Below are positions 40,285 to 49,835 of a stretch of 64,000 bases of DNA, one piece after another (positions within the stretch are counted from its first letter, which is position 1; every line of letters begins with the position of its first letter). The DNA lies in contig CAWEGX010000012.1 in the NCBI GenBank assembly GCA_963808745.1, positions 86,720 to 150,719 on the forward strand, read 5' to 3'. Source of the DNA: an uncultured Bacteroidales bacterium (lineage in GTDB: Bacteria > Bacteroidota > Bacteroidia > Bacteroidales > UBA10428). The notes under the pieces were generated by a model, which ran no database searches, had not been told where the DNA came from, and saw only the letters and a program-made list of their open reading frames with translations. The translations under genes and the position numbers were made by a program.

Positions 40285-41283
40285 ATGGAACACCGTAAGG
40301 CTGATCATATCGAAATGGCATTTCTGTCTCAGGTAAATGAGGTAGAACATGACAACAGGTTCTTTTATGAACCAATGCTTCATCCGCATCCTTTGAATGA
40401 ATCATTATCACTGACATTTCTGGGAAAAAAGCTGGGGGTGCCTATGTGGGTTTCCAGCATGACGGGCGGAACATTTGCAGCCCGAAAGATCAATGCAAAC
40501 CTGGCCAGGGCCTGTCAGGAATTTCGCATGGGGATGGGACTGGGATCATGCCGGGCACTGCTTGACAGCAATGCAAGCCTTCACGACTTTGACATGCGCG
40601 ACATCATTGGTGATGATCTGCCCTTGTATGCTAACCTGGGTATCAGCCAGGTGGAGCAAATGGTGGAAAACAAACAGGTGGACAGGATCAGGATCCTTAT
40701 CGATAAATTGCGTGCCGACGGGCTCGTTGTTCACGTAAACCCCTTGCAGGAATTTTTCCAGCCCGGCGGCGATCGCCTAAAGCTGGCTCCCATTATATCC
40801 ATAAAACGCCTGCTCGATGTAGCCGGCTTTCCCGTTATTGTAAAAGAAGTAGGACAGGGAATGGGTCCGGCAAGCCTGCGGGAATTGATTCGTCTGCCCC
40901 TGGCTGCAATAGAATTTGCTGCGTTTGGCGGCACCAATTTTTCAAAGCTGGAAATGCTCCGAAGCGAGGAAGGGACAGTTGATGCATACGGACCACTTGC
41001 CTGTGTTGGCGAATCCGCTGGTGACATGGTCACCTATGTAAATAAAATTCTTGCGGATGAACCCGGCATCAATTGCAGACAAATCATCATATCCGGTGGA
41101 CTTAAAAGTTTCCTGGATGGATTCTATTTAATGAAGAAATTGCATACAACATCGATATTTGGCCAGGCATCCGGATTTTTGCGGCATGCGAAAGAAGGCT
41201 ATGAAGAACTTCATCAATATGTAAGTCACCAGGTGAAGGGTTTAAACCTGGCAAACTCCTATCTAACAATTAAAAAAGGATAA
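40285..41283 (+). CDS. fni: Type 2 isopentenyl-diphosphate isomerase (FMN-dependent)
   Basis: RKADHI, SSMTGG, GLGS, NLG, HVNPLQE, VKEVGQG, GGTNF, ISGG. Confidence 0.93.
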   Translation: MEHRKADHIEMAFLSQVNEVEHDNRFFYEPMLHPHPLNESLSLTFLGKKLGVPMWVSSMTGGTFAARKINANLARACQEFRMGMGLGSCRALLDSNASLHDFDMRDIIGDDLPLYANLGISQVEQMVENKQVDRIRILIDKLRADGLVVHVNPLQEFFQPGGDRLKLAPIISIKRLLDVAGFPVIVKEVGQGMGPASLRELIRLPLAAIEFAAFGGTNFSKLEMLRSEEGTVDAYGPLACVGESAGDMVTYVNKILADEPGINCRQIIISGGLKSFLDGFYLMKKLHTTSIFGQASGFLRHAKEGYEELHQYVSHQVKGLNLANSYLTIKKG

Positions 41284-42606
41284 ATGGAAATCTACGGGCA
41301 AATACAGGGATTTTCAAAACTTGGCAGGGAAGACCAGGTGAAACTGGTAGCGTCGTTTACTGATGACCCTGCCGGAATCGTTCATGAACTCAATGCACAT
41401 TTGTCGCCGGATGGTTCACGGCAAAAGCTGTACCAGGAATTTTCAGAAAATTCAGTTTCAAATTTCTTCCTGCCCTATAGCATTGCGCCCAATTTCAGGA
41501 TCAATAATAAGTACTATCTCGTCCCTATGGTAGCCGAAGAAAGCTCTGTGGTCGCTGCCGCTGCTTCTGCTGCCAAATACTGGTCGGAAAGGGGTGGATT
41601 TCATACCAGCATCGGTACCATGCAGAAGCCGGGCCATATACATTTCACCTGGAAGGGCAGTGCAGTGGAAATAGCCACCTTCATCAATGACTTAACTCCC
41701 GGCTTTTATCAGGTGACTTCCTGGTTAACCAGGCGAATGAATCAGCGGGGTGGGGGGATCATGAAAATTAACCTGAAGGATCTGACAGATCAGATGGAAG
41801 GCTATTACCAGCTTGAGGTTATTTTTGAAACGGCTGATTCCATGGGAGCGAATTTCATGAATTCCTGCCTTGAACAAATGGCGGACTTTCTTCACCAGCA
41901 GGTTCAACTGGCAGGACTGACGGGACGTCTTGAAATAATTATGTCTGTCCTCTCAAATTATTCTCCCGGATGTACGGTTGAATGCAGGGTGAATTGTCCT
42001 GTAACTGAAATGGCCCATCGGGAATATAATCTTGGAGGTATGGATTTCTGCAGGAAATTTGAAACAGCGGTGAATCTGGCTAAACATGATGTTTACAGGG
42101 CAGTAACACATAATAAGGGAATATACAATGGCGTTGATGCAGTAGTTATCGCCACAGGAAATGATTTCAGGGCAGTTGAGGCAGACGGGCATGCTTTTGC
42201 TTCCAGGAATGGAAAATATCGCGGTTTAACGGATGTTGAAGTGTCGCAGGATTCATTCAATTGCCGTATTGAGATCCCGGTTACTGTAGGCACTGTGGGT
42301 GGACTTACAGGACTGCACCCGCTGGCCGCAGTTTCTTTGAAAATTCTTGGAAATCCGGGTGCATCTGAGCTCATGTCGATTGTAGCCGCTGCCGGTATGG
42401 CCAGTAATTTCAGTGCAATCAGGGCACTCATTACAGGAGGAATTCAAAAGGGACATATGAAACTGCATCTATCCAATGTTTTGAATCAGTTTCATGCATC
42501 TGATACAGAGAAGCTGGCAGCCATGAAATACTTTGCCAAAAGGGCCGTATCTTTTTCTGCCGTTGAGGATTTTCTCACCAATTTGCGTACCCGTCTTGAA
42601 AAGTGA
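41284..42606 (+). CDS. mvaA: HMG-CoA reductase, class II
   Basis: SEN, PMVAEESSVVAA, DSMGANFMN, THNKGIYNG, GNDFRAVEA, GTVGG, GIQKGHMKLH. Confidence 0.94.
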   Translation: MEIYGQIQGFSKLGREDQVKLVASFTDDPAGIVHELNAHLSPDGSRQKLYQEFSENSVSNFFLPYSIAPNFRINNKYYLVPMVAEESSVVAAAASAAKYWSERGGFHTSIGTMQKPGHIHFTWKGSAVEIATFINDLTPGFYQVTSWLTRRMNQRGGGIMKINLKDLTDQMEGYYQLEVIFETADSMGANFMNSCLEQMADFLHQQVQLAGLTGRLEIIMSVLSNYSPGCTVECRVNCPVTEMAHREYNLGGMDFCRKFETAVNLAKHDVYRAVTHNKGIYNGVDAVVIATGNDFRAVEADGHAFASRNGKYRGLTDVEVSQDSFNCRIEIPVTVGTVGGLTGLHPLAAVSLKILGNPGASELMSIVAAAGMASNFSAIRALITGGIQKGHMKLHLSNVLNQFHASDTEKLAAMKYFAKRAVSFSAVEDFLTNLRTRLEK

Positions 42607-43534
42607 AGCGATAAAACGGTATTATGCCAACGGGAAATTGCTGATCTCAGGAGAATACCTTGTTCTTTCAGGAGCTGATGCCCTTGCTGTTCCTCTGAAA
42701 AAGGGACAATGGCTTGAAGTCGGAATGATCAGCGGTGAAGAGAGGCCTTGTCTGAAATGGCTGGCATGGGTGCTTGACAAAGAATGGTTCTCTGCTGAAA
42801 TACTGTTGCCGGACATGGAGATTGTGCGGTCCTCTGATCCGCTCATAGCAAGGCGCCTCGTAAAAATTTTAAGTGAAATCACCGAAATGAGCAATGGACT
42901 ATTTGAACCGGGCAAAAGTTATTCCTTTTCAACAGTCTCTACTTTTGATCATAACTGGGGAATGGGAAGCAGTTCTGCGCTCATTGCAAACCTGGCCCGG
43001 TGGGCAATGATCGACCCGTTTGACCTTTTCCATCGACTTAATAAGGGCTCAGGTTATGATGTTGCCACTGCACTGGCCAAAGGGCCAATCCTTTTCAGCA
43101 CTTCCCGCAACAAGGCGAGAGTAATTCCTGTGAGGTTTCTGCCTGCCTTTCATCCGCAAATATGGTTTGTTTACACAGGTCAGAAGCAGGATACTGAGCG
43201 AGGCCTTTACGATTACAGCTTATTACCGGAGCCTGCCAGGCAACAGATCGAAATGATAAATTATTTCACGGGTGAATTACTGCATACGAAGCACCTGCAG
43301 CAATTTATGCAAATTATGTCGGAGCATGAGTCGTTTATTTCAAATTTGTTGGGAAAGAAAACTGTTAAAGAGGAATATTTCAGTGATTTCAATGGCGAAA
43401 TCAAATCCCTGGGTGCCTGGGGAGGTGATATGATGATGGCAGTCTCTGAATTGCCAGGGGACTATATTCGTACTTATTTTAAAACAAAAGACATACAAAC
43501 GGTGTTTGACTTTCATTCATTGATCTTATCATGA
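42596..43534 (+). CDS. GYDIA-type GHMP kinase, putative phosphomevalonate kinase
   Basis: GKLLISGEYLVLSGA, WGMGSSS, GSGYDVA, KSLGAWGGD; likely TTG start at 42596 overlapping mvaA. Confidence 0.85.
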   Translation: MKSEAIKRYYANGKLLISGEYLVLSGADALAVPLKKGQWLEVGMISGEERPCLKWLAWVLDKEWFSAEILLPDMEIVRSSDPLIARRLVKILSEITEMSNGLFEPGKSYSFSTVSTFDHNWGMGSSSALIANLARWAMIDPFDLFHRLNKGSGYDVATALAKGPILFSTSRNKARVIPVRFLPAFHPQIWFVYTGQKQDTERGLYDYSLLPEPARQQIEMINYFTGELLHTKHLQQFMQIMSEHESFISNLLGKKTVKEEYFSDFNGEIKSLGAWGGDMMMAVSELPGDYIRTYFKTKDIQTVFDFHSLILS

Positions 43535-44640
43535 CGTTTAAATCACTGGAAGACAAATTTATCAGTCAGGCACATGAACTTCTGAATCCGGCTGTCTTTC
43601 TTCCCGGACAGTCGGCATGGGAATGCCCTTCAAATATTGCACTTATTAAATACTGGGGTAAAACGCAGTTCCAGAAACCGCTGAATCCTTCAGTGAGCAT
43701 GACTCTTCAGCATTCCAAAACGATTATTTCAGTTGATTATTTTTATCAAAGGAAGTTGAAAGAAATGTCGCTATCCTATTTTTTTGAAGATAAGCAACAC
43801 CCAACCTTTGAGGACAGGTACCGGCAATATCTGGAACATGTTTCAAAATATCTTCCGTTTCTTAATCACACTGAATTAGTGATTAAATCACGAAATACCT
43901 TTCCCCATTCCGCCGGCATAGCCTCATCGGCGTCATCATTCGGAGCCCTGGCGCTTGCACTCTGTGATATAGAACGCAGTTTGTTTGGTACGCTGCCCGA
44001 AGATGCCGATTTCATGGAAAAAGCCTCTTTTCTGGCCCGGCTTGGTTCAGGAAGTGCATGCCGGTCGGTTTATGGCGGCTTTTCATTATGGGGCAGGACT
44101 GAAGATTTAATGGCGTCAACCGATGAAGCGGCCATTTCATTGAATTTCATCATTCATCCTGTATTTACAGATTATTGCGACAGCATTCTTGTTATCGATT
44201 CCGGTAAAAAGGAGGTCTCCAGTTCTGCAGGCCACCGGTTGATGGAACATCATCCTTTTGCTGGGGCACGCATTGCCCAGGTGCAGGATAATCTTAAAAG
44301 AATGCTGATTTCTTTACAAACCGGGAAAGAACCGAAATTTTCGACCCTTGTTGAAGAAGAGGCCCTCACCTTGCATGCCATGATGCTGACATCACGACCC
44401 GGTTATATACTGTTAAAGCCCAATTCTCTCGAGGTGATTGACCGGATCAGGCAGTTCAGAAATTCCACCGGTATGCCGGTAAGTTTTACCCTGGATGCCG
44501 GGGCGAACGTGCATCTTTTATATCCGGCCAGAGTAATCAGCGAAATCAAACCATTTATTATGGATCAACTGGCCGTCTTCTGCCAGGAAGGCAATATAAT
44601 TCATGATACAATCGGAACCGGGCCGGTAAAACTTCTCTGA
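43531..44640 (+). CDS. mvaD: Diphosphomevalonate decarboxylase
   Basis: PSNIALIKYWGK, NTFPHSAGIASSAS, ARLGSGSACRS, SSSAG, FTLDAGANVH. Confidence 0.94.
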   Translation: MTFKSLEDKFISQAHELLNPAVFLPGQSAWECPSNIALIKYWGKTQFQKPLNPSVSMTLQHSKTIISVDYFYQRKLKEMSLSYFFEDKQHPTFEDRYRQYLEHVSKYLPFLNHTELVIKSRNTFPHSAGIASSASSFGALALALCDIERSLFGTLPEDADFMEKASFLARLGSGSACRSVYGGFSLWGRTEDLMASTDEAAISLNFIIHPVFTDYCDSILVIDSGKKEVSSSAGHRLMEHHPFAGARIAQVQDNLKRMLISLQTGKEPKFSTLVEEEALTLHAMMLTSRPGYILLKPNSLEVIDRIRQFRNSTGMPVSFTLDAGANVHLLYPARVISEIKPFIMDQLAVFCQEGNIIHDTIGTGPVKLL

Positions 44641-44642
44641 TC

Positions 44643-45590
44643 ATGAAAATCACGATCCTTTCAAACCGGAATTATTCCGGAAAATTGCTGTTGATCGGTG
44701 AACATTCGGTAATTGAAGGCTCCAGGGCACTTGTGATTCCCTTTCCGGATGTTTCAGCAAATCTGGTTCTCACACAGCAGCTACTTTTAGGGGAAGATCT
44801 GGGATCCAATCGCGTACTGTTTGAGTTCGCCTCCTGGTTGCGGGAAAATCAACACTCATCGCTGCCAAAGCTGGATATACCCAGGCTGGTCCGGGATATT
44901 GAACTGGGATTGTATTTCCGGTCTTCCATTCCCCGGGGATATGGTCTTGGGAGTTCTGGTGCCTTATGTGCAGCTATATATGATGAATACGCTGAGGGGA
45001 AGAATAAATTATCAGAAAAACCGGATACTGATGAGTTATTGGATGTAAAAACAGCATTAGCTTCCATGGAATCCTGGTTTCATGGCACCAGTTCAGGGAT
45101 CGATCCGCTCTGCATTTACTACAACCAACCGTTAATCGTTGAGGGGAAAAAAAACCTAACAACCTGGCACATTGAAAACATCCGGAACCAGGGTTTGCAG
45201 GTCTTCCTTCTGGATACCGGATTGACAGGTAATACAAGAGAACTGGTTAAGACTTTTCGGAATAAATTGCAGGGGCAGAGTTTGAAAGAAAGTTTTACCG
45301 AGCAGTATATTCCATTGGTTAACGAGATAGTGGATCAGTTTGTGGATGGCCGTCCTGATTATGATTCGCTGGTTCAGCTATCCTTATTTCAGTGGAGGAT
45401 ATTTCAGGATATGATTCCTGAAAAATTCCGCATGGTATGGCAATATGGACTCGACTGGGAATATTATGCCTGCAAATTACTCGGATCGGGTGGCGGCGGT
45501 TACATCCTTGGTTTCACGCGGGATTTTGAATATGCAAAACTTTGTCTCAGGGAACAGTTTGGTCTCGAACCGATTCATCTGAATATCTGA
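44643..45590 (+). CDS. mvk: Mevalonate kinase
   Basis: GKLLLIGEHSV, SIPRGYGLGSSGA, ESWFHGTSSGID, KLLGSGGGG. Confidence 0.92.
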   Translation: MKITILSNRNYSGKLLLIGEHSVIEGSRALVIPFPDVSANLVLTQQLLLGEDLGSNRVLFEFASWLRENQHSSLPKLDIPRLVRDIELGLYFRSSIPRGYGLGSSGALCAAIYDEYAEGKNKLSEKPDTDELLDVKTALASMESWFHGTSSGIDPLCIYYNQPLIVEGKKNLTTWHIENIRNQGLQVFLLDTGLTGNTRELVKTFRNKLQGQSLKESFTEQYIPLVNEIVDQFVDGRPDYDSLVQLSLFQWRIFQDMIPEKFRMVWQYGLDWEYYACKLLGSGGGGYILGFTRDFEYAKLCLREQFGLEPIHLNI

Positions 45591-45750
45591 TTTTTGCTCG
45601 CAGATCTCAAAGTGCTAACGGCGTTTCGCTCGCATGCGAAATCTCGCGATTTGCAGTTTCGCAGTCATGCTCTGCATGAAAACCTCCATAATCCCTCAAC
45701 TCTTAACGATCATCATTTATCATTCATATTTATCATTCATAATTATTCTA

Positions 45751-45786
45751 ATCAACTATCAACTATCAACTATCAACTTTCAACTA
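45751..45786. repeat. Heptamer tandem repeat (ATCAACT)5
   Basis: atcaact x4 plus ttcaact, just upstream of the TACCTTTG -7 box at 45793. Confidence 0.88.
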
Positions 45787-45816
45787 ATTTTTTACCTTTG
45801 CGCCAAATATTTCAAG

Positions 45817-46200
45817 ATGGCGTTTGAAATTGGCGAACAAAGTATTAGTAAGCTCATCATGGTGGGAGACAGGGTGTTGATTAAGCCCAAGACACCGCAT
45901 GATAAAACAAAAACGGGATTGTACCTGCCTCCGGGAGTGCATGAACAGGAGCCAATTCAAACCGGTTATGTAGTGAAAGTCGGGCCCGGATATCCGATTC
46001 CTGCCATTCAGGAAGCCGATGAGCCATGGAAAGACAGGGGAGAGGAAGTTAAGTATGTGCCTTTGCAGCCCAGGGAGGGAGATGTAGCAGTATATCTGCA
46101 GAAAAGCGGATGGGAAATTGAATTTAACAATGAGAAATATGTTGTTATTCCCCATAATGCCATACTAATGCTGATCAGGGATGAGGGACTTTTTACCTGA
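45817..46200 (+). CDS. Orphan GroES/Cpn10-family co-chaperonin
   Basis: GDRVLIKP, KTKTGLYLP, GYVVKVGPG; start MAFE at 45817; no groEL adjacent. Confidence 0.85.
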   Translation: MAFEIGEQSISKLIMVGDRVLIKPKTPHDKTKTGLYLPPGVHEQEPIQTGYVVKVGPGYPIPAIQEADEPWKDRGEEVKYVPLQPREGDVAVYLQKSGWEIEFNNEKYVVIPHNAILMLIRDEGLFT

Positions 46201-46345
46201 GATGCATATGTATTCTTCCATTCTGTACGTTTTATATTTTAAAATAGCGAATGTCGTTTTACATCCGGTTATATGCTGTTAGTCACTTATTTGCTCCACT
46301 CGTCAATATTATTCTAACTTTTTAATTGTTAAACCGTAACCTTAC

Positions 46346-47337
46346 ATGTTATCAGATCAACCAAAACCCAGCATTAAAGATATGCGCCATTACAAATTAT
46401 ACAACGATCAGTTCCAGGCAGGATTTCTTTCAGAGCAGGATGCCTTGTTCAGAATTGTCTTTGAAGAATCGCCCGATGCAATTTTTATGCTAAATCCGGG
46501 CAATTTCAATATTATTGATTGCAATGCAAAAGCCATTCAGCTTTTTCAGGGTGATCAAAAGACAGACCTTACAGGCCGGGAATCATTTGAATTATATGAT
46601 GCTCCGCCAGCAGAATTCAGTAAAAACGTATTTATCGACACGATCAATAAGGGCACTGATCATTCACAGGAGATGGCCTTCCGGTCGTTAAAGGGAAATA
46701 TTTTCTGGGGCAAGTGTTCTGTTAAGAGGGTAGAGGCAGCCCGGGGATCCGTCATTGTATTCCGTGTAAGGCGCGTGGTTGATTATATGAAAACGGCAGA
46801 AATGCTGTCCACCATGATCAAGCAAACAGCCAGGGTAACCGGAATGGAATATTTTGGTGTGCTGACAGAATTGCTGGTCAAATCATTTGGAGTAAGCGTG
46901 GCATTCGTTGCCACCATTGACGAAGACATGCAAAAATCCAATATTATACATTGCTGGCACAAGCAGCAATTCCTTGAATGCAAATCGTATGAGCTTGCTA
47001 CCAGTCCGTCCCTGAATGTACTTCGGGGATATACGGCTTACTATCCCAATAATCTCCGGGAAATGTTTCCCGATGATAAGCTGATCCAACATCTTGGAAT
47101 GGAAAGCTACATGGGTACACCGGTATTTGATGTGAAGGGTGAGGTATGCGGATTATTGGTGATGATGGATGACAAGCCCATGGAGGAAATTCCCAATTCA
47201 CGGAATATATTTCCATTTTTGCTTCCCGCGTAGGCGCTGAGCTTGAAAGGATGCAGATTGAAGAATCGTACAAGAAGAAGATACATGAACTGACGAGGAT
47301 GATTGGTAATCAGTCGGCAGTGATCAGTAATCAGTAA
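46346..47337 (+). CDS. PAS + GAF domain sensor protein; frameshift near 47205
   Basis: FRIVFEESPDAIF...DCNAKA (PAS); FPDDKL...ESYMGTP...GLL (GAF); alternative frame continues SIFASRVGAELER to TAA at 47337. Confidence 0.8.
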
Positions 47338-47369
47338 TCGGTAATCAGTAATCGGTATCGGTAATCGGT
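47307..47369. repeat. Heptamer tandem repeat (TAATCRG)n followed by a degenerate REP-like hairpin
   Basis: taatcagtaatcggtaatcagtaatcggtatcggtaatcggt, then agacaggcatgcttgtct near 47386. Confidence 0.8.
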
Positions 47370-47591
47370 GAAAGGAAGAATTTGTTAGACAGGCATGCTT
47401 GTCTGACGCCAACATATTATAGAAACGTAGACTTGCAGTTTGAGTCTATCATTTCAGAGTAGAATCATATTCAAATTCAATCATATTCTGCACATTTTCC
47501 ACTCATCATTTTCTTCATCTTTTACCCACACCTTCTTCGTATATTTTATTCATTAATTTTCTATATTTGCAGCCCATACAGTAATAAACAA

Positions 47592-47665
47592 GGCCCCGTA
47601 GCTTAATTGAATAGAGCATCTGACTACGGATCAGAAGGTTATAGGTTTGAGTCCTATCGGGGTCA
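47592..47665 (+). tRNA. tRNA-Arg (anticodon ACG)
   Basis: Acceptor GGCCCCG/CGGGGTC, D arm GCTT/GAGC, anticodon arm TCTGA-CTACGGA-TCAGA, T arm ATAGG-TTTGAGT-CCTAT; -7 box TATATTTG at 47562. Confidence 0.95.
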
Positions 47666-47682
47666 CTTTCTATTTTGTAGTG

Positions 47683-47716
47683 CCTTGTAAGTCAAATAAC
47701 TTGCGAGGTTTTTTTA
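47683..47716 (+). terminator. Terminator-like hairpin after the tRNA
   Basis: CCTTGTAAGT-CAAATA-ACTTGCGAGG followed by a T tract. Confidence 0.6.
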
Positions 47717-48007
47717 TTTATTACACCCTGTTTTACACACAAATTATATCTTAATCCTGCCACTATACGACTTCTCAAAGCAATAAATTACCCCCCTTAC
47801 TTTTGTTGGATTTTACGTTAACAGTTCATATATAGGGAAACCAAATAGGCGATATTTATAATTAACCCGGTGTGATGGCTGGGTTATTCTTTTCACCCCA
47901 AATTCGTCAAAATTCACTTGACTTCAGCTTTTAAATATTGTAAATTGTATCTCATAAATGACTAAAGGTCATACAATTTCCTAATTAGCTAACCAAACTA
48001 AAAAACA

Positions 48008-48454
48008 ATGAAAACAAAAACATTTCTTCTCTTATGTCTTTTTATGGGCATTGTTGCGTCCCAGCTTTTTGCACAACCACCTGAAACAGACCCAGGAAAC
48101 AGGACTTATAAATGGGTTGAACAAATTGATGAAAATGATTATAATATATCAATAGTCTGTGGCGGTGCGGAGGTTGATGTATTGAATTTTGTAGTACCTT
48201 TTGATTTAAGACTTATGTCTCATATAAAGAATGGCCAGGAGACTTGGTTTAAGGCAAAGCTTAATAACACTAAATTTGTCAGTAAGATAACTCAGGAAGT
48301 TTTCAACGGACAAACGACTGAAATCCAATTTCAAAAAGGTCAGTATCTTTGGACTTTACACCTGAATGGAAATATGGGACACCATTATAATATCAAAATG
48401 GTATTTGAAACAGTTTACTGGGATTTAATTTATTATCATTCTTCTTGTAACTAA
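48008..48454 (+). CDS. Hypothetical secreted protein
   Basis: Signal peptide MKTKTFLLLCLFMGIVASQLFA-Q; AT-rich. Confidence 0.7.
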   Translation: MKTKTFLLLCLFMGIVASQLFAQPPETDPGNRTYKWVEQIDENDYNISIVCGGAEVDVLNFVVPFDLRLMSHIKNGQETWFKAKLNNTKFVSKITQEVFNGQTTEIQFQKGQYLWTLHLNGNMGHHYNIKMVFETVYWDLIYYHSSCN

Positions 48455-48541
48455 ATTATCGAAACTCTTGAGCAGTATTATATTGCGATAAAGCTGTATG
48501 TGCTGAAAATGGGAAGACATAAACTGACAATGCAATACAGT

Positions 48542-48576
48542 AAGTCCCCGGATATTCGCCCCGGGGATTTATTTTT
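48542..48576 (+). terminator. Rho-independent terminator
   Basis: AAGTCCCCGG...CCGGGGATTT followed by ATTTTT. Confidence 0.65.
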
Positions 48577-48710
48577 ACATAAATTTAGTTTATAATAAAC
48601 AAGGTTAAATGCCGGTTCTTTTAAATTATGACTCCGTTGCTTTCACCTTTTTCGGCTTCACAAATTCAGGATCCTGGATAAGAACCAGCAGCGTTGAAGT
48701 TTCCCTTACC

Positions 48711-48847
48711 TGGAAAAATCGGTCATATTGACCACCTCTCGCCGGAGATTATTCATTTTATTAAATAACTTGTTATCAAATATTTAAGCCTGGAATCGGT
48801 TGATCAATGAATTCCGGCTTGCGATGGTCATCTGCACTGTTTTTCCA
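48711..48847. mobile_element. MITE copy L (137 bp, IS21-like TGGAAAAA...TTTTTCCA ends)
   Basis: Starts TGGAAAAATCGGTCATATTGACCACC, ends GCACTGTTTTTCCA; inverted homolog at 49763-49900. Confidence 0.72.
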
Positions 48848-48947
48848 GATAAATTAACGACAATAATTTATCATTTTTGGTAAATCAATAAAGATTTATT
48901 ATATTTGTGATGTGATTTTCATAATTAAAGTGATGTAATTTCATTTT

Positions 48948-49262
48948 ATGGTTGTACAATTTAATAATGTTTATTTAGAGCATCTTTATATTGGAGAACC
49001 GCTAAAAGGGAAACCAAAGTATTCCTCTCAAGTAATTGACAAGTTTATAAAAAGAGTAGATTCATTAAAGAATCTTAGTAATGCAGAAGAACTATTTAAG
49101 CTCAAGAGCTTCGGTTTTGAGAGATTGAAAGGGGATAAAAAGCATTTGTATTCAATCCGCATTAATGATCAATATAGGATCGAATTCGAATTAGATAACG
49201 AAGTATTGAAACTTGCTGAAATTGTGACTATCGAGGAACTTTCAAAGCATTATGAAAAGTAG
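48948..49262 (+). CDS. higB: HigB (RelE/ParE-family) toxin
   Basis: FERLKGDKKHLYSIRINDQYRIEF...SKHYE; toxin precedes antitoxin; -7 box TATATTTG at 48900. Confidence 0.9.
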   Translation: MVVQFNNVYLEHLYIGEPLKGKPKYSSQVIDKFIKRVDSLKNLSNAEELFKLKSFGFERLKGDKKHLYSIRINDQYRIEFELDNEVLKLAEIVTIEELSKHYEK

Positions 49263-49321
49263 TTTTTAAGATTGTTTGTGAAGGTAATTTGAAATTGTAA
49301 ATTCTAATACTGTAAATCAAA

Positions 49322-49630
49322 ATGTCAACCCATAAGGTAATTGGTCAGAATGGAAAGGAAATTCGTTCTAAGGTGTTATTACACCCAGGTGAAGTATTGG
49401 AAGAAGAACTGGAAGCAAGAGGTATAAAAAGATCTGTTTTTGCTATGGATTTAAAAATATATCCGTCGCATTTTTCGAACATATTAAAGGGGAAAAGGGA
49501 TATAAATGCAACAATAGCTTTGAAACTTGAAAAAGCGCTTGATATCAGTGCGGAATTTTGGGTACAGCTTCAAGCAGAATATGATTTAAAGCTGGAACGA
49601 CAAAGATTGCATCATGCGAAAATTGCTTGA
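49322..49630 (+). CDS. higA: HigA-family antitoxin (HTH)
   Basis: HPGEVLEEEL, NILKGKRDI, ALKLEKAL, SAEFWVQLQAEYDL. Confidence 0.92.
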   Translation: MSTHKVIGQNGKEIRSKVLLHPGEVLEEELEARGIKRSVFAMDLKIYPSHFSNILKGKRDINATIALKLEKALDISAEFWVQLQAEYDLKLERQRLHHAKIA

Positions 49631-49688
49631 TTGATCTTCATTGCTATGCTAATCCGACCATATGGAAGGAAGATAAAATATATTGGAA

Positions 49689-49835
49689 ATGACTGTAAAC
49701 GATTTAATTAAAGTATTACAAACCCTTCCACCTAATTTAACAGCGGTAAACGAAGGGTATGATGGAAAAATCGGTGCCAATGACAAGGGCTTGCCGGAAT
49801 TCCTTAACCACCCAGCTTGGCAGATAATTATTTGA
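49689..49835 (+). pseudogene. Small ORF remnant (MTVNDLIKVLQTLPPNL...EGY) probably interrupted by MITE copy R
   Basis: 48-codon ORF whose 3' half lies inside the MITE; N-terminus resembles common small phage/island proteins (MTVxELIxxL...GYE). Confidence 0.4.

Noticed and set aside
41284-42606. Mevalonate catabolism through a 'degradative' HMG-CoA reductase
   Set aside because: No HMG-CoA lyase in the cluster; linked kinases, decarboxylase and IDI-2 point to biosynthesis
45594-45827. ORF 45594..45827 and the N-terminal extension of the GroES ORF from 45634
   Set aside because: They translate repeat tracts (NYQLST); the -7 box at 45793 supports the start at 45817
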